Part shown: positions 18,885 through 28,280 of the stretch, one piece after another | Numbering within the stretch: position 1 is the stretch's first letter | Layout of the letters: each line of letters begins with the position of its first letter | Assembly (NCBI GenBank): GCA_016211185.1 | Contig: JACQST010000043.1 | Span: 1,489-65,488 of the forward strand | Reading direction: 5' to 3' | Source of the DNA: Candidatus Woesearchaeota archaeon | GTDB taxonomy: Archaea; Nanobdellota; Nanobdellia; Woesearchaeales; UBA10216 | DNA: 64,000 bases | The notes under the pieces: generated by a model | The model's database searches: none | What the model was told of the DNA's origin: nothing | The model's input: the letters and a program-made list of their open reading frames with translations, nothing else | Made by a program: the position numbers and the translations under genes

Positions 18885-19774
18885 CAGTAGGTATTGTTCA
18901 GAGATAGGGTGTTAAGTGACGGCTGATAATCAAAGGCTGATTAAAAACTCAATTTCCTATAACTATCGCATTATAACAATGCGGCTTATAGGCGAGGAAT
19001 GGGAAATGGAGAACAACGAATACCAAACGAGGAAGGCTAAAAGTCTTGAAATGTTAAGGTCAGGAGTAGAGCCAGTTAAGGACTGCTTCAACGAATACCT
19101 TATACCGAGCCAGTCCGAAAAGGGCAAACGATACAAAGTAGCCATCAAAAACGGCTGGTATAACTGTGAATGCCTTGATGACCATATTGGAAACCTCTGC
19201 AAGCACACTCTTCTTTTAAAGACTTATTTGGCTTTGGAATTCAAGGCGCAAGAGCTAAAGCGAAATATGAGCGTGGCTACTCCCTGCCCGAACTGCGAAG
19301 GCAGGAGATTGCAGAAGGACGGCACAAGAAAAACTACTATGGGCAAGAAGCAGAGATGGCTTTGCCTTGACTGTAAGCGAAGGTTTGTTTTAAGCCCTGT
19401 TCAGAAGATTAAAGGTAACGCCGAAGCAGTCATTACGGCTATTGACCTTTACATCAAAGGGGTTTCTTATAGAGGCGTTGCTGATAGTACGAAACAGCAC
19501 GACAGCAACAACAATGTCATAGAGAGATTTCACGAATCATTCAGGCAGAGGGATAAGGTTATGCGTGGCTTCAATGGCAACCAGAAGCAATACGCAGAAA
19601 ACTTTAGGACATACTACAACTTTATCCGCAAACACCAAGAACTCAAAACCACGCCAGCAAAACGGGCAGGAATACAAGAAGCAGACCTATGGCGAGAACT
19701 GCTTGAAAAAGCAACGAATCAGCCGAACCTTAACAGCCGAGATTCAACAGCCAAAGAATGAACAATACCTACTG
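18885..19774. mobile_element. IS-like element (about 890 bp) with perfect 16-bp terminal inverted repeats
   Basis: CAGTAGGTATTGTTCA at 18885..18900 is the reverse complement of TGAACAATACCTACTG at 19759..19774. The repeats bracket a single transposase-like ORF, and the right repeat overlaps that ORF's stop codon. Confidence 0.6.
18916..19761 (+). CDS. Transposase-like protein with SWIM-type zinc finger and Cys4 zinc ribbon; IS1/IS6-like C-terminal motif, catalytic core apparently incomplete
   Basis: YNCECLDDHIGNLCKHTLLL (CxCx(n)CxH SWIM) and CPNCEGRRL...CLDCKRRF. The C-terminal NNNVIERFHESFRQRDKVMRGF...YNFIRKHQEL resembles the segment after the catalytic E of IS1/IS6 DDE transposases. Confidence 0.55.
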   Translation: MTADNQRLIKNSISYNYRIITMRLIGEEWEMENNEYQTRKAKSLEMLRSGVEPVKDCFNEYLIPSQSEKGKRYKVAIKNGWYNCECLDDHIGNLCKHTLLLKTYLALEFKAQELKRNMSVATPCPNCEGRRLQKDGTRKTTMGKKQRWLCLDCKRRFVLSPVQKIKGNAEAVITAIDLYIKGVSYRGVADSTKQHDSNNNVIERFHESFRQRDKVMRGFNGNQKQYAENFRTYYNFIRKHQELKTTPAKRAGIQEADLWRELLEKATNQPNLNSRDSTAKE

Positions 19775-19807
19775 TCCGAAAAAATTATAAGCCCCTTTTG
19801 ATGGTTT

Positions 19808-20650
19808 TTGTGCATGCAGGGGATGCAGAGAATTGCTGTCAGTGATTTCAGCCTGAAGCACACGCTGGAGTGCGGCCAGGTGTTTCGTTTTGATAAGGCT
19901 GGGGAGCTTTATTATCTGGTGGCTGGCGATGATGTTCTTAAGCTGAGGCAGGCTGATGGCTTTCTTGAGTTCAGCAGCAGCAGTGGTGTGGGCGCAGGGT
20001 TTGTGAAGGGTCTTTTCAGGCTTGATGAGGATTATTCGTGTGTGCTGGGCTCTGTTTCCAGGGACAGCCTGATGCGGTCTGCTGTGCTTCATTCCATGGG
20101 GCTTCGTATTATGAGGCAGGAGCCAAGGGAGTGTCTTCTCACTTACCTGTGCTCTGCGAACATGTCCGTTCCCGGGGTTAAGAGAATGGCTGACGGGTTG
20201 GCAAGGAAGTTTGGAAGGCGAATTGCCTTTGATGGAATGGAGTTCTTCTCGTTCCCTGTGAGAATCGGCTCTGCCCGGGAAGTCCGGGGTTGTGGAACAG
20301 GGTTTCGCGCGGAGAGGATTGCAGAGGCAGGCTCTTTGGGAAAAGGCTTTTTCAGCAGGCTCAGGGGGCTGTGCTATGTGGATGCCAAAGAGAAGCTTAT
20401 GCTTTTAAATGGTGTGGGTGACAAGATTGCTGATTGCTGCCTGCTGTATTCCCTTGGCTTCCTTGAGGCCTTTCCTGTTGACAGGTGGATACGAAGGGTT
20501 GTCGCGGCTAATTATCTTGATGGCACGGCAAATGAGAGATCGGTGAGGGATTTTGCAGCCAGTTACTTTGGGGGCTACGCGGGCTATGCGCAGCAGTTTC
20601 TTTATCATTACGCTCGAACGTCAGGAAGGCTTAATCCTGTATCTCGATAA
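19808..20650 (+). CDS. ogg: 8-oxoguanine DNA glycosylase / AP lyase (Ogg-type HhH-GPD)
   Basis: N-terminal HTLECGQVFRF and an HhH-GPD segment LLNGVGDKIADCCLLYSLGFLEAFPVDRWIRRV. Confidence 0.75.
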   Translation: MCMQGMQRIAVSDFSLKHTLECGQVFRFDKAGELYYLVAGDDVLKLRQADGFLEFSSSSGVGAGFVKGLFRLDEDYSCVLGSVSRDSLMRSAVLHSMGLRIMRQEPRECLLTYLCSANMSVPGVKRMADGLARKFGRRIAFDGMEFFSFPVRIGSAREVRGCGTGFRAERIAEAGSLGKGFFSRLRGLCYVDAKEKLMLLNGVGDKIADCCLLYSLGFLEAFPVDRWIRRVVAANYLDGTANERSVRDFAASYFGGYAGYAQQFLYHYARTSGRLNPVSR

Positions 20651-20849
20651 CCTTGTTTTTTGAGTTGTGCCCGGTTAATAGCCTAGCACGACCTCCAAGT
20701 TCCCTGGATATCAGATTGAGGAGCTCAATGTTGGCTTTGTTGTTTTCCGGGGGCGACCTTAGTTTTGCAAAGTACTGTTTCTTTTCAGCGTTGTATGAAA
20801 GCGCCTGTTTCTTGGCTCTTGTTGTCACGCTGACTTCTATTCTTGCCAC
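20631..20849 (-). CDS. DUF167/UPF0235 (YggU-like) protein
   Basis: VSVTTRAKKQ...PENNKANIELLNLISRELG...LLTGHNSKNKVIEI fits the DUF167 pattern. Confidence 0.55.
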   Translation of the reverse strand: MARIEVSVTTRAKKQALSYNAEKKQYFAKLRSPPENNKANIELLNLISRELGGRARLLTGHNSKNKVIEIQD

Positions 20850-20934
20850 CTGAAGGTTTCTATTGATGATATTTTTAAGCTTTTTTACCGCAAGTTTTTT
20901 AAGCTGCTGGTCCGGTATTCTTGATGGTGCTTTA

Positions 20935-23622
20935 ATGGATTTTTATTCTGCTGAGATTAAGGACGTTTTCTTGAATGCCGGCAGCTCGAAGGATGGCCTT
21001 TCGGCAAGCGAAGCTAAAGCCAGGCTTAAGAGGCACGGGTTTAACGAACTGGTTAGGAAGAAGAGGAGGACTGCGCTCAAGATTTTTTTTGAGCAGTTCA
21101 GGAACTTCCTGATACTCCTGCTTTTGTGTGCGAGCGTGCTTGCGGTATTTCTGGGCGATTACGTTGAGGCTGTCGGCATGATTTGCATAGCGATTTTGTC
21201 TGCCATACTGGGGTTTGTTCAGGAGTATAAGGCTGAGCGGGCCATGGAAGCGCTAAAAAGGATTTCTGCCCCGACCGGGAAGGTCGTGAGGGATGGCTCT
21301 GAGAAAAAGATACCTGCCCGGGAGATTGTTCCAGGTGACGTGATAGTTATCGAGTCAGGCGACATAGTTGCCGCGGATGCACGGCTGTTCGAGGATTCAA
21401 GCCTGCAGGTTGATGAGGCGATACTGACAGGCGAGTCTGTTCCTTCTCCAAAGGATACCAAGAAGCTGAAGGAAGGCACTGAAATCACTGAGAGGACGAA
21501 TATGGTCTTCATGGGAACAATAGTCACTTATGGGAAGGGAAGGGGGGTTGTTACCGGCACCGGAATGGATACTGAATTCGGCAAGATTGCCCTCACAATT
21601 GAGGAGGCTGAGGAGCCAAAGACTCTTTTGCAGAACAAGTTTGAGTCCCTTGCGAGGCAGATAGGGCTGGTGGTCATAGTCCTTGTAGGTGTTGTGTTTG
21701 TCTTGGGCCTTTCTTTTCAGAAGGAGGTTTCAATTGCGCGCATGCTGATTTTCTCAATCAGCCTGGCGGTTGCTGCTGTTCCGACTGCGCTGCCTGCCAT
21801 AGTGACTATAGGCTTGGCGCTTGGCGCGAGCAGCATGGCCAAGAGGAACGTGATAATCAAGAAGCTGCCCGCAACTGAGAGCATGGGCTCTGTTACTGTT
21901 ATTTGCAGCGACAAGACAGGCACGTTGACAAAGAGCCAGCTTAGCGCGACAAGGCTGTTCTTTGACGGGAATGTTATTGATGTTTCAGGCATAGGGTATG
22001 AGCCTAAGGGGGAATTCAAGCACGGGACTGAGAAGATGGACAAGAAAAGCCTTGAGTTCATGCTGAGGATAGGGTATCTGTGCAACAATGCGAAGCTTGT
22101 TGAGAAGGGTGGCCGGTGGGATATCATTGGGGACCCGACTGAGGGTGCATTGGTGGTGCTTGCAAGGAAGGGCAGGCTTGATGAGAAGGCGTTGTCGCGG
22201 CGCCTTTCAGTTGTGAAGGAGCTTCCATTCAGTTCTGAGCGCAAGATGATGACTGTTATTGCTGGCAGGAAAAGGAAGCCTGAGCGTGTATGCGCCTATG
22301 TGAAGGGCGCTCCGGATGTTGTTCTCAAGAAGTGCGCAAGGATATATGATTCCGGCAGGATAAGGAGTCTTACGAAGAGGGACAGGGAGTCCATCCTTTC
22401 TGTTAATGAGTCATTTGCCGAGGATGCCCTCAGGGTGCTTGGGCTTGCGTGCAGGGATATGCCTGCGGGCGGCAAGTATGAGATTGAGGGTGTTGAGAGG
22501 GACCTTGTTTTTGTAGGGCTTGTCGGCATGATTGATGCTCCCCGTGAGGAGGTTGCTGCTGCTGTGAAGCAGTGTGAGGACGCGGGGATAAATGTCATAG
22601 CCATAACAGGCGACCACCCTGTAACAGCGAAGGCTGTTGCGGACAGGATTGGCCTACTGAAGAAGGATGACCTCGTGGTTACCGGGGAGTATATTGACCG
22701 GCTCAACGATTCTGAGCTTATGGAGAAGCTTGGCAGGATAAGAGTTGTGGCGAGGGCGCTTCCAGGCCACAAGCTCAGGATGGTGAAGCTGCTGAAGAAG
22801 CAGGGCCATGTCGTTGCAATGACTGGCGATGGTGTTAATGACGCGCCGGCATTGAAGACTGCTGACGTCGGCATCGCGATGGGTATCACTGGCAGCGACG
22901 TGGCCAAGGAGGTGTCAAAGACAGTTCTTGTTGACGATAACTTTGCAAGCATAGTTAACGCCATCAGCGAGGGGCGCAACATATATGACAAAATCATCAA
23001 GTCTTCCCGTTATCTTTTGTCGTGCAACCTCGGCGAGATAATAACTGTTTTCCTTGCGATAATGCTGAACCTGCCGCTGCCCCTTGTCCCTCTCCAGATA
23101 CTTATGATGAATCTCCTTACAGATGGCCTGCCTGCACTTGGCCTGGGCATGGAGGGCGCTGAGGAGGACGTGATGAAGAGGTCTCCAAGGAACCCTAAGG
23201 AAAGCCTGTTCACGAATGAGATGCTTATACTTACCCTGATATTCGGCATCGTGATGGGGATAGGCACGCTTTTCATATTCAACACTTATCTTGACAGGGG
23301 GGAGGAGGTTGCGAGGACTGCTGCGTTCACAACGCTTGTGCTGTTTGAGATGTTTGCAGTGGTGGGAAGCAGGTCCCTTTATCCGTTCAGGAAGCTCAAC
23401 ATATTCACCAACAAATGGCTCCTGCTTGGAATCCTTGCTTCGGTATCCATCCAAGTGGCTATTGTGAACTGGGGGCCTCTTCAGGCCATCTTCAGCACAG
23501 TTTCCCTGAGCAGCTCAGACTGGCTGAGGATAGTCACGATATCAAGCCTTGGCTTCTTCGTCATGGAGCTCGGCAAGGTGTTTGTGAGCGGGCTCAGGGC
23601 AGGCAGGAACGCCCCTTCATAG
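20935..23622 (+). CDS. P-type cation-transporting ATPase (type II, Ca2+/cation)
   Basis: CSDKTGTLT phosphorylation site, TGDGVNDAPALK hinge and 10 TM helices. The start was refined to MDFYSAEIKD. Confidence 0.9.
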   Translation: MDFYSAEIKDVFLNAGSSKDGLSASEAKARLKRHGFNELVRKKRRTALKIFFEQFRNFLILLLLCASVLAVFLGDYVEAVGMICIAILSAILGFVQEYKAERAMEALKRISAPTGKVVRDGSEKKIPAREIVPGDVIVIESGDIVAADARLFEDSSLQVDEAILTGESVPSPKDTKKLKEGTEITERTNMVFMGTIVTYGKGRGVVTGTGMDTEFGKIALTIEEAEEPKTLLQNKFESLARQIGLVVIVLVGVVFVLGLSFQKEVSIARMLIFSISLAVAAVPTALPAIVTIGLALGASSMAKRNVIIKKLPATESMGSVTVICSDKTGTLTKSQLSATRLFFDGNVIDVSGIGYEPKGEFKHGTEKMDKKSLEFMLRIGYLCNNAKLVEKGGRWDIIGDPTEGALVVLARKGRLDEKALSRRLSVVKELPFSSERKMMTVIAGRKRKPERVCAYVKGAPDVVLKKCARIYDSGRIRSLTKRDRESILSVNESFAEDALRVLGLACRDMPAGGKYEIEGVERDLVFVGLVGMIDAPREEVAAAVKQCEDAGINVIAITGDHPVTAKAVADRIGLLKKDDLVVTGEYIDRLNDSELMEKLGRIRVVARALPGHKLRMVKLLKKQGHVVAMTGDGVNDAPALKTADVGIAMGITGSDVAKEVSKTVLVDDNFASIVNAISEGRNIYDKIIKSSRYLLSCNLGEIITVFLAIMLNLPLPLVPLQILMMNLLTDGLPALGLGMEGAEEDVMKRSPRNPKESLFTNEMLILTLIFGIVMGIGTLFIFNTYLDRGEEVARTAAFTTLVLFEMFAVVGSRSLYPFRKLNIFTNKWLLLGILASVSIQVAIVNWGPLQAIFSTVSLSSSDWLRIVTISSLGFFVMELGKVFVSGLRAGRNAPS

Positions 23623-23686
23623 CCCTTCGTAGGTTGGGCTTTTTGTTGCAAAAACAATTTAAGCGGCTTCGTGTCAACCGGCTATT

Positions 23687-24712
23687 ATGGGAGGAAAGGA
23701 CGCTACCATACAGGGCTTAGGTTTATTTATTCCTGACACGTCATATCTCATAGACCTTTCGCAAAGGAATATCTGGACGCTTCATGCTCATGATGCTTAC
23801 GCCAGGGCTGGGAACCCTGAGATCCGTGTTCCTGACAGGGTAATAAATGAATACCTTGGAAAAGTGGGTATGCATGATGAATACGGCGTGCCTCTGACAA
23901 GCAATGAAGTAAAATCTGCGCTGGAAGAAATACTTGGTTCTTGGGATACTAACATTACATCATTCGCACAGGAAGACATGGACAGGATTCACGGGATGTG
24001 GACGCTGCGGTGTCGTAAGAGCAGGATACCTGGCCACAGATACAGCAAGACTGACATGGACATCATGAGCACTGCAGTGACAAAGGCAAAGGAAGGCTTC
24101 ACTGTCTATGTGGCCTCTTCAGACAGAGACATAACGGAAACTCTGATGGGTCATCAGGATAATGGCTTCCCTATAGTGGTGTTTATGCCTTCCACCCCGA
24201 GGAAAGACGTCCTTGATAAGGTGTGCATGCTCGTGACCGGGCAGGCACTTATGCAGGTACCTGAAGTTGTTGGTCGCGGCTACGAGTCCTACAACTATTT
24301 TCTGAAGGTGGTTAAAGGTGTGCCTTTCGGAGAGGGCTGCACAGCAAATGTCGCTGTGGCTGCAGAGAGATTCGACTCATTCAGGAAGCCGCCAAAACAG
24401 GAGGGTATATCATGGGTGAAGATCATAGTAGGAACTCTTGGAGACGACGCAAGGAATGCCAATCGATTTTGGCACAGAACCCGTGAGTTTGGGCTGAATG
24501 AGCTTGTTGGCTTTACCTGCTGTGCTTATCCTGGAGATTTCAGCCTCTACAAAATAGGTCTCGAAACCAATGGGGCACAGCCAACGGCATACGCGACCTC
24601 CCGCATATCAGTGGATGCTGAGGAAGTGGTCTGGGCAAGGGTTGACCTGCCTTTCATGAGGGCCCATTCTCCACGCGCGCTCGGTATGCTCAGCCCGTAT
24701 ATGAATCGGTAG
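23687..24712 (+). CDS. PIN-domain protein with an uncharacterised C-terminal extension of about 170 aa
   Basis: Acidic residues placed as in a PIN fold (FIPDTSYLID, VPDRVINEYLG, KTDMDIMSTA, VASSDRDITE); the C-terminal half has no recognisable domain. Confidence 0.5.
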   Translation: MGGKDATIQGLGLFIPDTSYLIDLSQRNIWTLHAHDAYARAGNPEIRVPDRVINEYLGKVGMHDEYGVPLTSNEVKSALEEILGSWDTNITSFAQEDMDRIHGMWTLRCRKSRIPGHRYSKTDMDIMSTAVTKAKEGFTVYVASSDRDITETLMGHQDNGFPIVVFMPSTPRKDVLDKVCMLVTGQALMQVPEVVGRGYESYNYFLKVVKGVPFGEGCTANVAVAAERFDSFRKPPKQEGISWVKIIVGTLGDDARNANRFWHRTREFGLNELVGFTCCAYPGDFSLYKIGLETNGAQPTAYATSRISVDAEEVVWARVDLPFMRAHSPRALGMLSPYMNR

Positions 24713-24729
24713 GAGAGCCTTCTCGTGGA

Positions 24730-26508
24730 ATGTCCATTGCTTTATCAATGGTGTTATCCAGAAAGCCTTTTAAAATGCATGGTTATCCTGCCGGCATGGA
24801 GAACTTCAAAACAGGCTTTTATTCTGAGCTTGTGTCTGCTCTGAGGAACAGCAGGTTCGATAAGGCTGAGTTCTCAAGGCTGAAATCGAGTCTTGCAAGT
24901 AAGTATTCCTTGAAAAGCATTCCGACAGATATTGAGGTAATGCTTAACCTGCCTGAAGAATCAAGGAAGCATATCAAGCTCGTGACCAAGCCTACACGGA
25001 CTGTTAGCGGCGTTGCAGTGGTTGCCCTTATGAGCGCTCCTCTGAGCTGCCCTCATGGGAGGTGTGTTTTTTGCCCTGGCGGCCCAGGCTCTGTTTTTGG
25101 TGACGTTCCGCAGAGCTATACAGGGAAGGAGCCTTCGACTATGAGGGCTATCAGGGCAGGTTACGATCCTTATGTCATTATGTTTAACAGGCTTGAGCAG
25201 TATGCTGTTTCGGGGCACAGCTTTGGCAAGGTGGAGGTTATTGTGCAGGGAGGCACATTCCCTTCTTATGACTGGTCGTATCAGGAGATGTTTGTGAGAG
25301 AAGCTTTTGCAGCGATGAACAGCTTTTCACGGCTTTTTTTCAGGAGGGAAGGGAAGTGGGAAGGGGAGCTGGATTTCGTGGGCTTCAAGGATTTCTTTGA
25401 TCTTCCTGGCGAGGTCGGGAGCTCTGAGCGCATGAGGAAGGTTCACTCAAGAATATTCGAGGCCAAGAACTCGTCACAGGCAAGGAGCCTTGAGGAGGAG
25501 CAGGAAGAGAACGAGTCTTCCAATGTGAGGTGTGTTGCGCTTTGCATCGAGACAAAGCCTGACTTCAGCAAGTCTGAGCACATCAATGACATGCTCAGGC
25601 TGGGGACAACGAGGGTTGAGCTTGGGGTGCAGACACTTTATGATGACGTCCTGTCAAGGGTTAACCGGGGCCACACCCTGCAGGACACTTTGGAGGCTGT
25701 GCAGCTTCTGAAGGATTCCTTCCTGAAAGTTGGCTTTCACATGATGCCAGGCCTTCCAGGCTCGGATTATCAGAGGGACATCGCTATGTTCAGGGAGCTT
25801 TTCGAAAACCCCGCATACATGCCCGATAATCTGAAGGTTTATCCCTGCATGGTTATGCCTGGAACAGAGCTTTACGATGACTGGAAGAGGGGGGATTTTG
25901 CTCCTTTGTCCACAAGGGAGGCTGCGGAAATAATAGCTGAGTCAAAGAGGTTTGTGCCTGAGTATTGCAGGGTCATGAGGGTGCAGAGGGATATTCCGAC
26001 TTATGTGACATCTGCAGGTGTTGACAGGACAAATCTCAGGCAGTATGTGGATATGATAAGGGCTGAGCAGGGGATTTTCTGTAGGTGCATAAGGTGCCGT
26101 GAGCCAATGTCAAGGAAGTTTGATTTGGGCAGGGCTGAAATCATAGTTCGGCGCTACGCTTCAAGTGGCGGAACAGAGGTATTTATTTCGGCAGAGGATG
26201 TTTCGTCTGATGTGATGCTTGGGTTCTGCAGGCTCAGGATTCCGTTCAGGCCGTTCAGGCCAGAGATAACCCCTGGCTCTGCAGGTGTGAGGGAGCTGCA
26301 TGTATTCGGCCCCGCAGCCTCTCTTAACAGAGTGGGGAGTGTTCAGCACAGGGGCTTTGGAAAGCTTCTTCTTTCAGAGGCTGAGCGTGCCGCGAGGGAT
26401 GAGCTTGGTGTGGAGAAGCTGCTCGTGATTTCAGGTGTCGGCGCAAGGAACTATTACCGGAAGCTTGGCTACGAGAGGGATGGGGCGTATATGGGTAAGA
26501 GGCTTTAG
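24730..26508 (+). CDS. elp3: Elongator complex protein 3 homolog (radical SAM plus GNAT; tRNA U34 carboxymethyl modification)
   Basis: CPHGRCVFCPGG radical-SAM cluster motif and a C-terminal GNAT (HRGFGKLLLSEAERAA). Confidence 0.85.
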   Translation: MSIALSMVLSRKPFKMHGYPAGMENFKTGFYSELVSALRNSRFDKAEFSRLKSSLASKYSLKSIPTDIEVMLNLPEESRKHIKLVTKPTRTVSGVAVVALMSAPLSCPHGRCVFCPGGPGSVFGDVPQSYTGKEPSTMRAIRAGYDPYVIMFNRLEQYAVSGHSFGKVEVIVQGGTFPSYDWSYQEMFVREAFAAMNSFSRLFFRREGKWEGELDFVGFKDFFDLPGEVGSSERMRKVHSRIFEAKNSSQARSLEEEQEENESSNVRCVALCIETKPDFSKSEHINDMLRLGTTRVELGVQTLYDDVLSRVNRGHTLQDTLEAVQLLKDSFLKVGFHMMPGLPGSDYQRDIAMFRELFENPAYMPDNLKVYPCMVMPGTELYDDWKRGDFAPLSTREAAEIIAESKRFVPEYCRVMRVQRDIPTYVTSAGVDRTNLRQYVDMIRAEQGIFCRCIRCREPMSRKFDLGRAEIIVRRYASSGGTEVFISAEDVSSDVMLGFCRLRIPFRPFRPEITPGSAGVRELHVFGPAASLNRVGSVQHRGFGKLLLSEAERAARDELGVEKLLVISGVGARNYYRKLGYERDGAYMGKRL

Positions 26509-26510
26509 TT

Positions 26511-26909
26511 TCAAGCATCGCCAAGTCTGAGACCGGGAATATTTTTAAAATCCTTGAGGTTCCGCGTCAGGAGAACATTATTGTTTTCCTTGCATATGCT
26601 TGCTATCATTAAGTCTATTTCCTGTGTGATGAGTCCTCTTGATTTGAGGAACGCATAATCCCGGCCAAATATAAGGCAGCTGTGCTTTGAATGTTGAAGC
26701 AAGTTGACACTTTCAAGAAACCTGTTGACAAAACTCAGTCCCTCTTCAGGTTTTACAGACATAAATGCGCCTTTATATAGCTCGCAGAGGGTTAAGGGAG
26801 TTATGCTTATATCGGCTTCCATGTTCTGCAGAAGGCTTAATCTTTTTACTGCCGAGCTTTCTCCTCTGATAAAATCAATGGCAAAATCTGTATCGAGGCA
26901 GTACATCAA
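26511..26909 (-). CDS. vapC: PIN-domain toxin VapC
   Basis: MMYCLDTDFAIDFIRG...; 132 aa; overlaps the upstream antitoxin by 4 nt. Confidence 0.75.
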   Translation of the reverse strand: MMYCLDTDFAIDFIRGESSAVKRLSLLQNMEADISITPLTLCELYKGAFMSVKPEEGLSFVNRFLESVNLLQHSKHSCLIFGRDYAFLKSRGLITQEIDLMIASICKENNNVLLTRNLKDFKNIPGLRLGDA

Positions 26910-27136
26910 AACCCTACCTTCCGTAATTTAAACTTTTTCCTATCCTCATAGATAGTCCTCTTGATGGTTTCAAGTTCTTGATTTCCTCCAGGCCATTTTC
27001 CCGCAAGCTCAAGAAGGGACTTCTTTTTTTCAGTTGACGCAATTCTGTTGACTACATCAGAGAACGATTCACCTTCCTTCTTCAAAGATTTTAGGCATGT
27101 GTAGGCTTCATCCGAAAGCGAGATTACCTTGGTCAT
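26906..27136 (-). CDS. vapB: VapB-type antitoxin (archaeal)
   Basis: MTKVISLSDEAYTCLKSLKKEGESFSDVVNRI matches the common archaeal VapB-like antitoxin; translationally coupled to vapC. The start was refined from the track. Confidence 0.6.
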   Translation of the reverse strand: MTKVISLSDEAYTCLKSLKKEGESFSDVVNRIASTEKKKSLLELAGKWPGGNQELETIKRTIYEDRKKFKLRKVGF

Positions 27137-27192
27137 TAAGTGCATGTATGCATGCATGTATATAAATTTACCGTTCCAGAAGTTTCCGAACA

Positions 27193-27438
27193 TCAAGACT
27201 TTTTGTATGTAACGTTGAGATATGCAGAGTCTATATCAGTTTTCCCGCCAGGTGTTACAAGGATTTGTGCAATGCCCTTGTTTATCATAGGGTTAAGTGT
27301 GGCTGTTTTTCTTTCCCTGACAAAGTCATCACAATGTACATAATAGTCAGGTATGGGTTTCCATTCGTCGAACTCTGTAAGTGTGTACATAGAAAAAACA
27401 TAAGTGCACAGAACATCAACAACCGCTTTTGTCTCCAC
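27193..27438 (-). CDS. Hypothetical protein (81 aa)
   Basis: Track ORF in an AT-rich islet with no recognisable domain. Confidence 0.35.
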   Translation of the reverse strand: METKAVVDVLCTYVFSMYTLTEFDEWKPIPDYYVHCDDFVRERKTATLNPMINKGIAQILVTPGGKTDIDSAYLNVTYKKS

Positions 27439-27495
27439 TACCTGTCCGAATTCGGAAACATTGAACTTGATTAATTGTTCCTCTTTCTGGGATCA

Positions 27496-27867
27496 TCATT
27501 TCTTCTTGCCTCCGAAGCTCCTTATTAGGTCTATTACGTATTTTCCCTCGTCAACCTTGTATATGAGTGGCTCGTTTTTCATCATCTGGACTAAGTCAAG
27601 TTCGTAGGTTCCTGGCTTCATTATCCTTATTGTTTCTAAGTCAAGCACAACAGGTTCGTGTTCCTCCTGCTCGCCTATTATCTCCATGACGTCCTGCTCT
27701 ATCTGGTCTTTTTCTGTTTCTGTGAGGTTGGCTGAGAGTTCCCTTATCCTGTCAAGCTTTTCCTTTTTTATGAAGAAGAACAGCTTGCCTCCACAGGGGC
27801 ATCCCTTGAGGACTTCCTCTGCCTTGTCTTCATAGAACGTGTTGCATCGCACGCATTGGTGGGGCAT
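27496..27867 (-). CDS. Zn-ribbon protein (DUF2072-like); third gene of a GTPase/DUF2073/Zn-ribbon triad
   Basis: MPHQCVRCNTFYEDKAEEVLKGCPCGGKLFFF is a CxxC...CxC ribbon; an acidic middle and a C-terminal beta-rich domain follow. Confidence 0.55.
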   Translation of the reverse strand: MPHQCVRCNTFYEDKAEEVLKGCPCGGKLFFFIKKEKLDRIRELSANLTETEKDQIEQDVMEIIGEQEEHEPVVLDLETIRIMKPGTYELDLVQMMKNEPLIYKVDEGKYVIDLIRSFGGKKK

Positions 27868-27869
27868 TT

Positions 27870-28268
27870 TCAGGCCTGCTTTGTTCTTTTTCTTCTGGTG
27901 CTTTTTTCAACAGTGAACAGCTGTATCTTGTCAGGGTCTTTTTTTATTTCCTTGACTATTGTTGCGGGCCCGACTATGGTTATGCCATTCCTCCCGCCTG
28001 ATATCATGTCTATTACTTTCTGCTGGAGCATCTTCAGTATTCCATGCTCCCTCATGTCTGGTGTTAAGGAGAGCAGTTCTATTCCCTTGAACTTTCCATT
28101 TATTGTTTCCATTGTGGCGCTTATGAGTTTTGATTTTTCCTGCTCTGTCAGCTTAGCCTCAATGAGGAGTATTCTTCCGTCCCTTATTATTTCGAGTATC
28201 CTCTTTATTTTTTTTTCAGGGCTTAAGTCGCCTATCTGTGAATACGGGAGGAACTGGATTGTTATCAT
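27870..28268 (-). CDS. DUF2073-like protein
   Basis: 132 aa lying between the GTPase and the Zn-ribbon gene with gaps of 12 and 2 nt. The family assignment is from memory of the conserved archaeal triad. Confidence 0.45.
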   Translation of the reverse strand: MITIQFLPYSQIGDLSPEKKIKRILEIIRDGRILLIEAKLTEQEKSKLISATMETINGKFKGIELLSLTPDMREHGILKMLQQKVIDMISGGRNGITIVGPATIVKEIKKDPDKIQLFTVEKSTRRKRTKQA

Positions 28269-28280
28269 TTTTTTCGGGCC

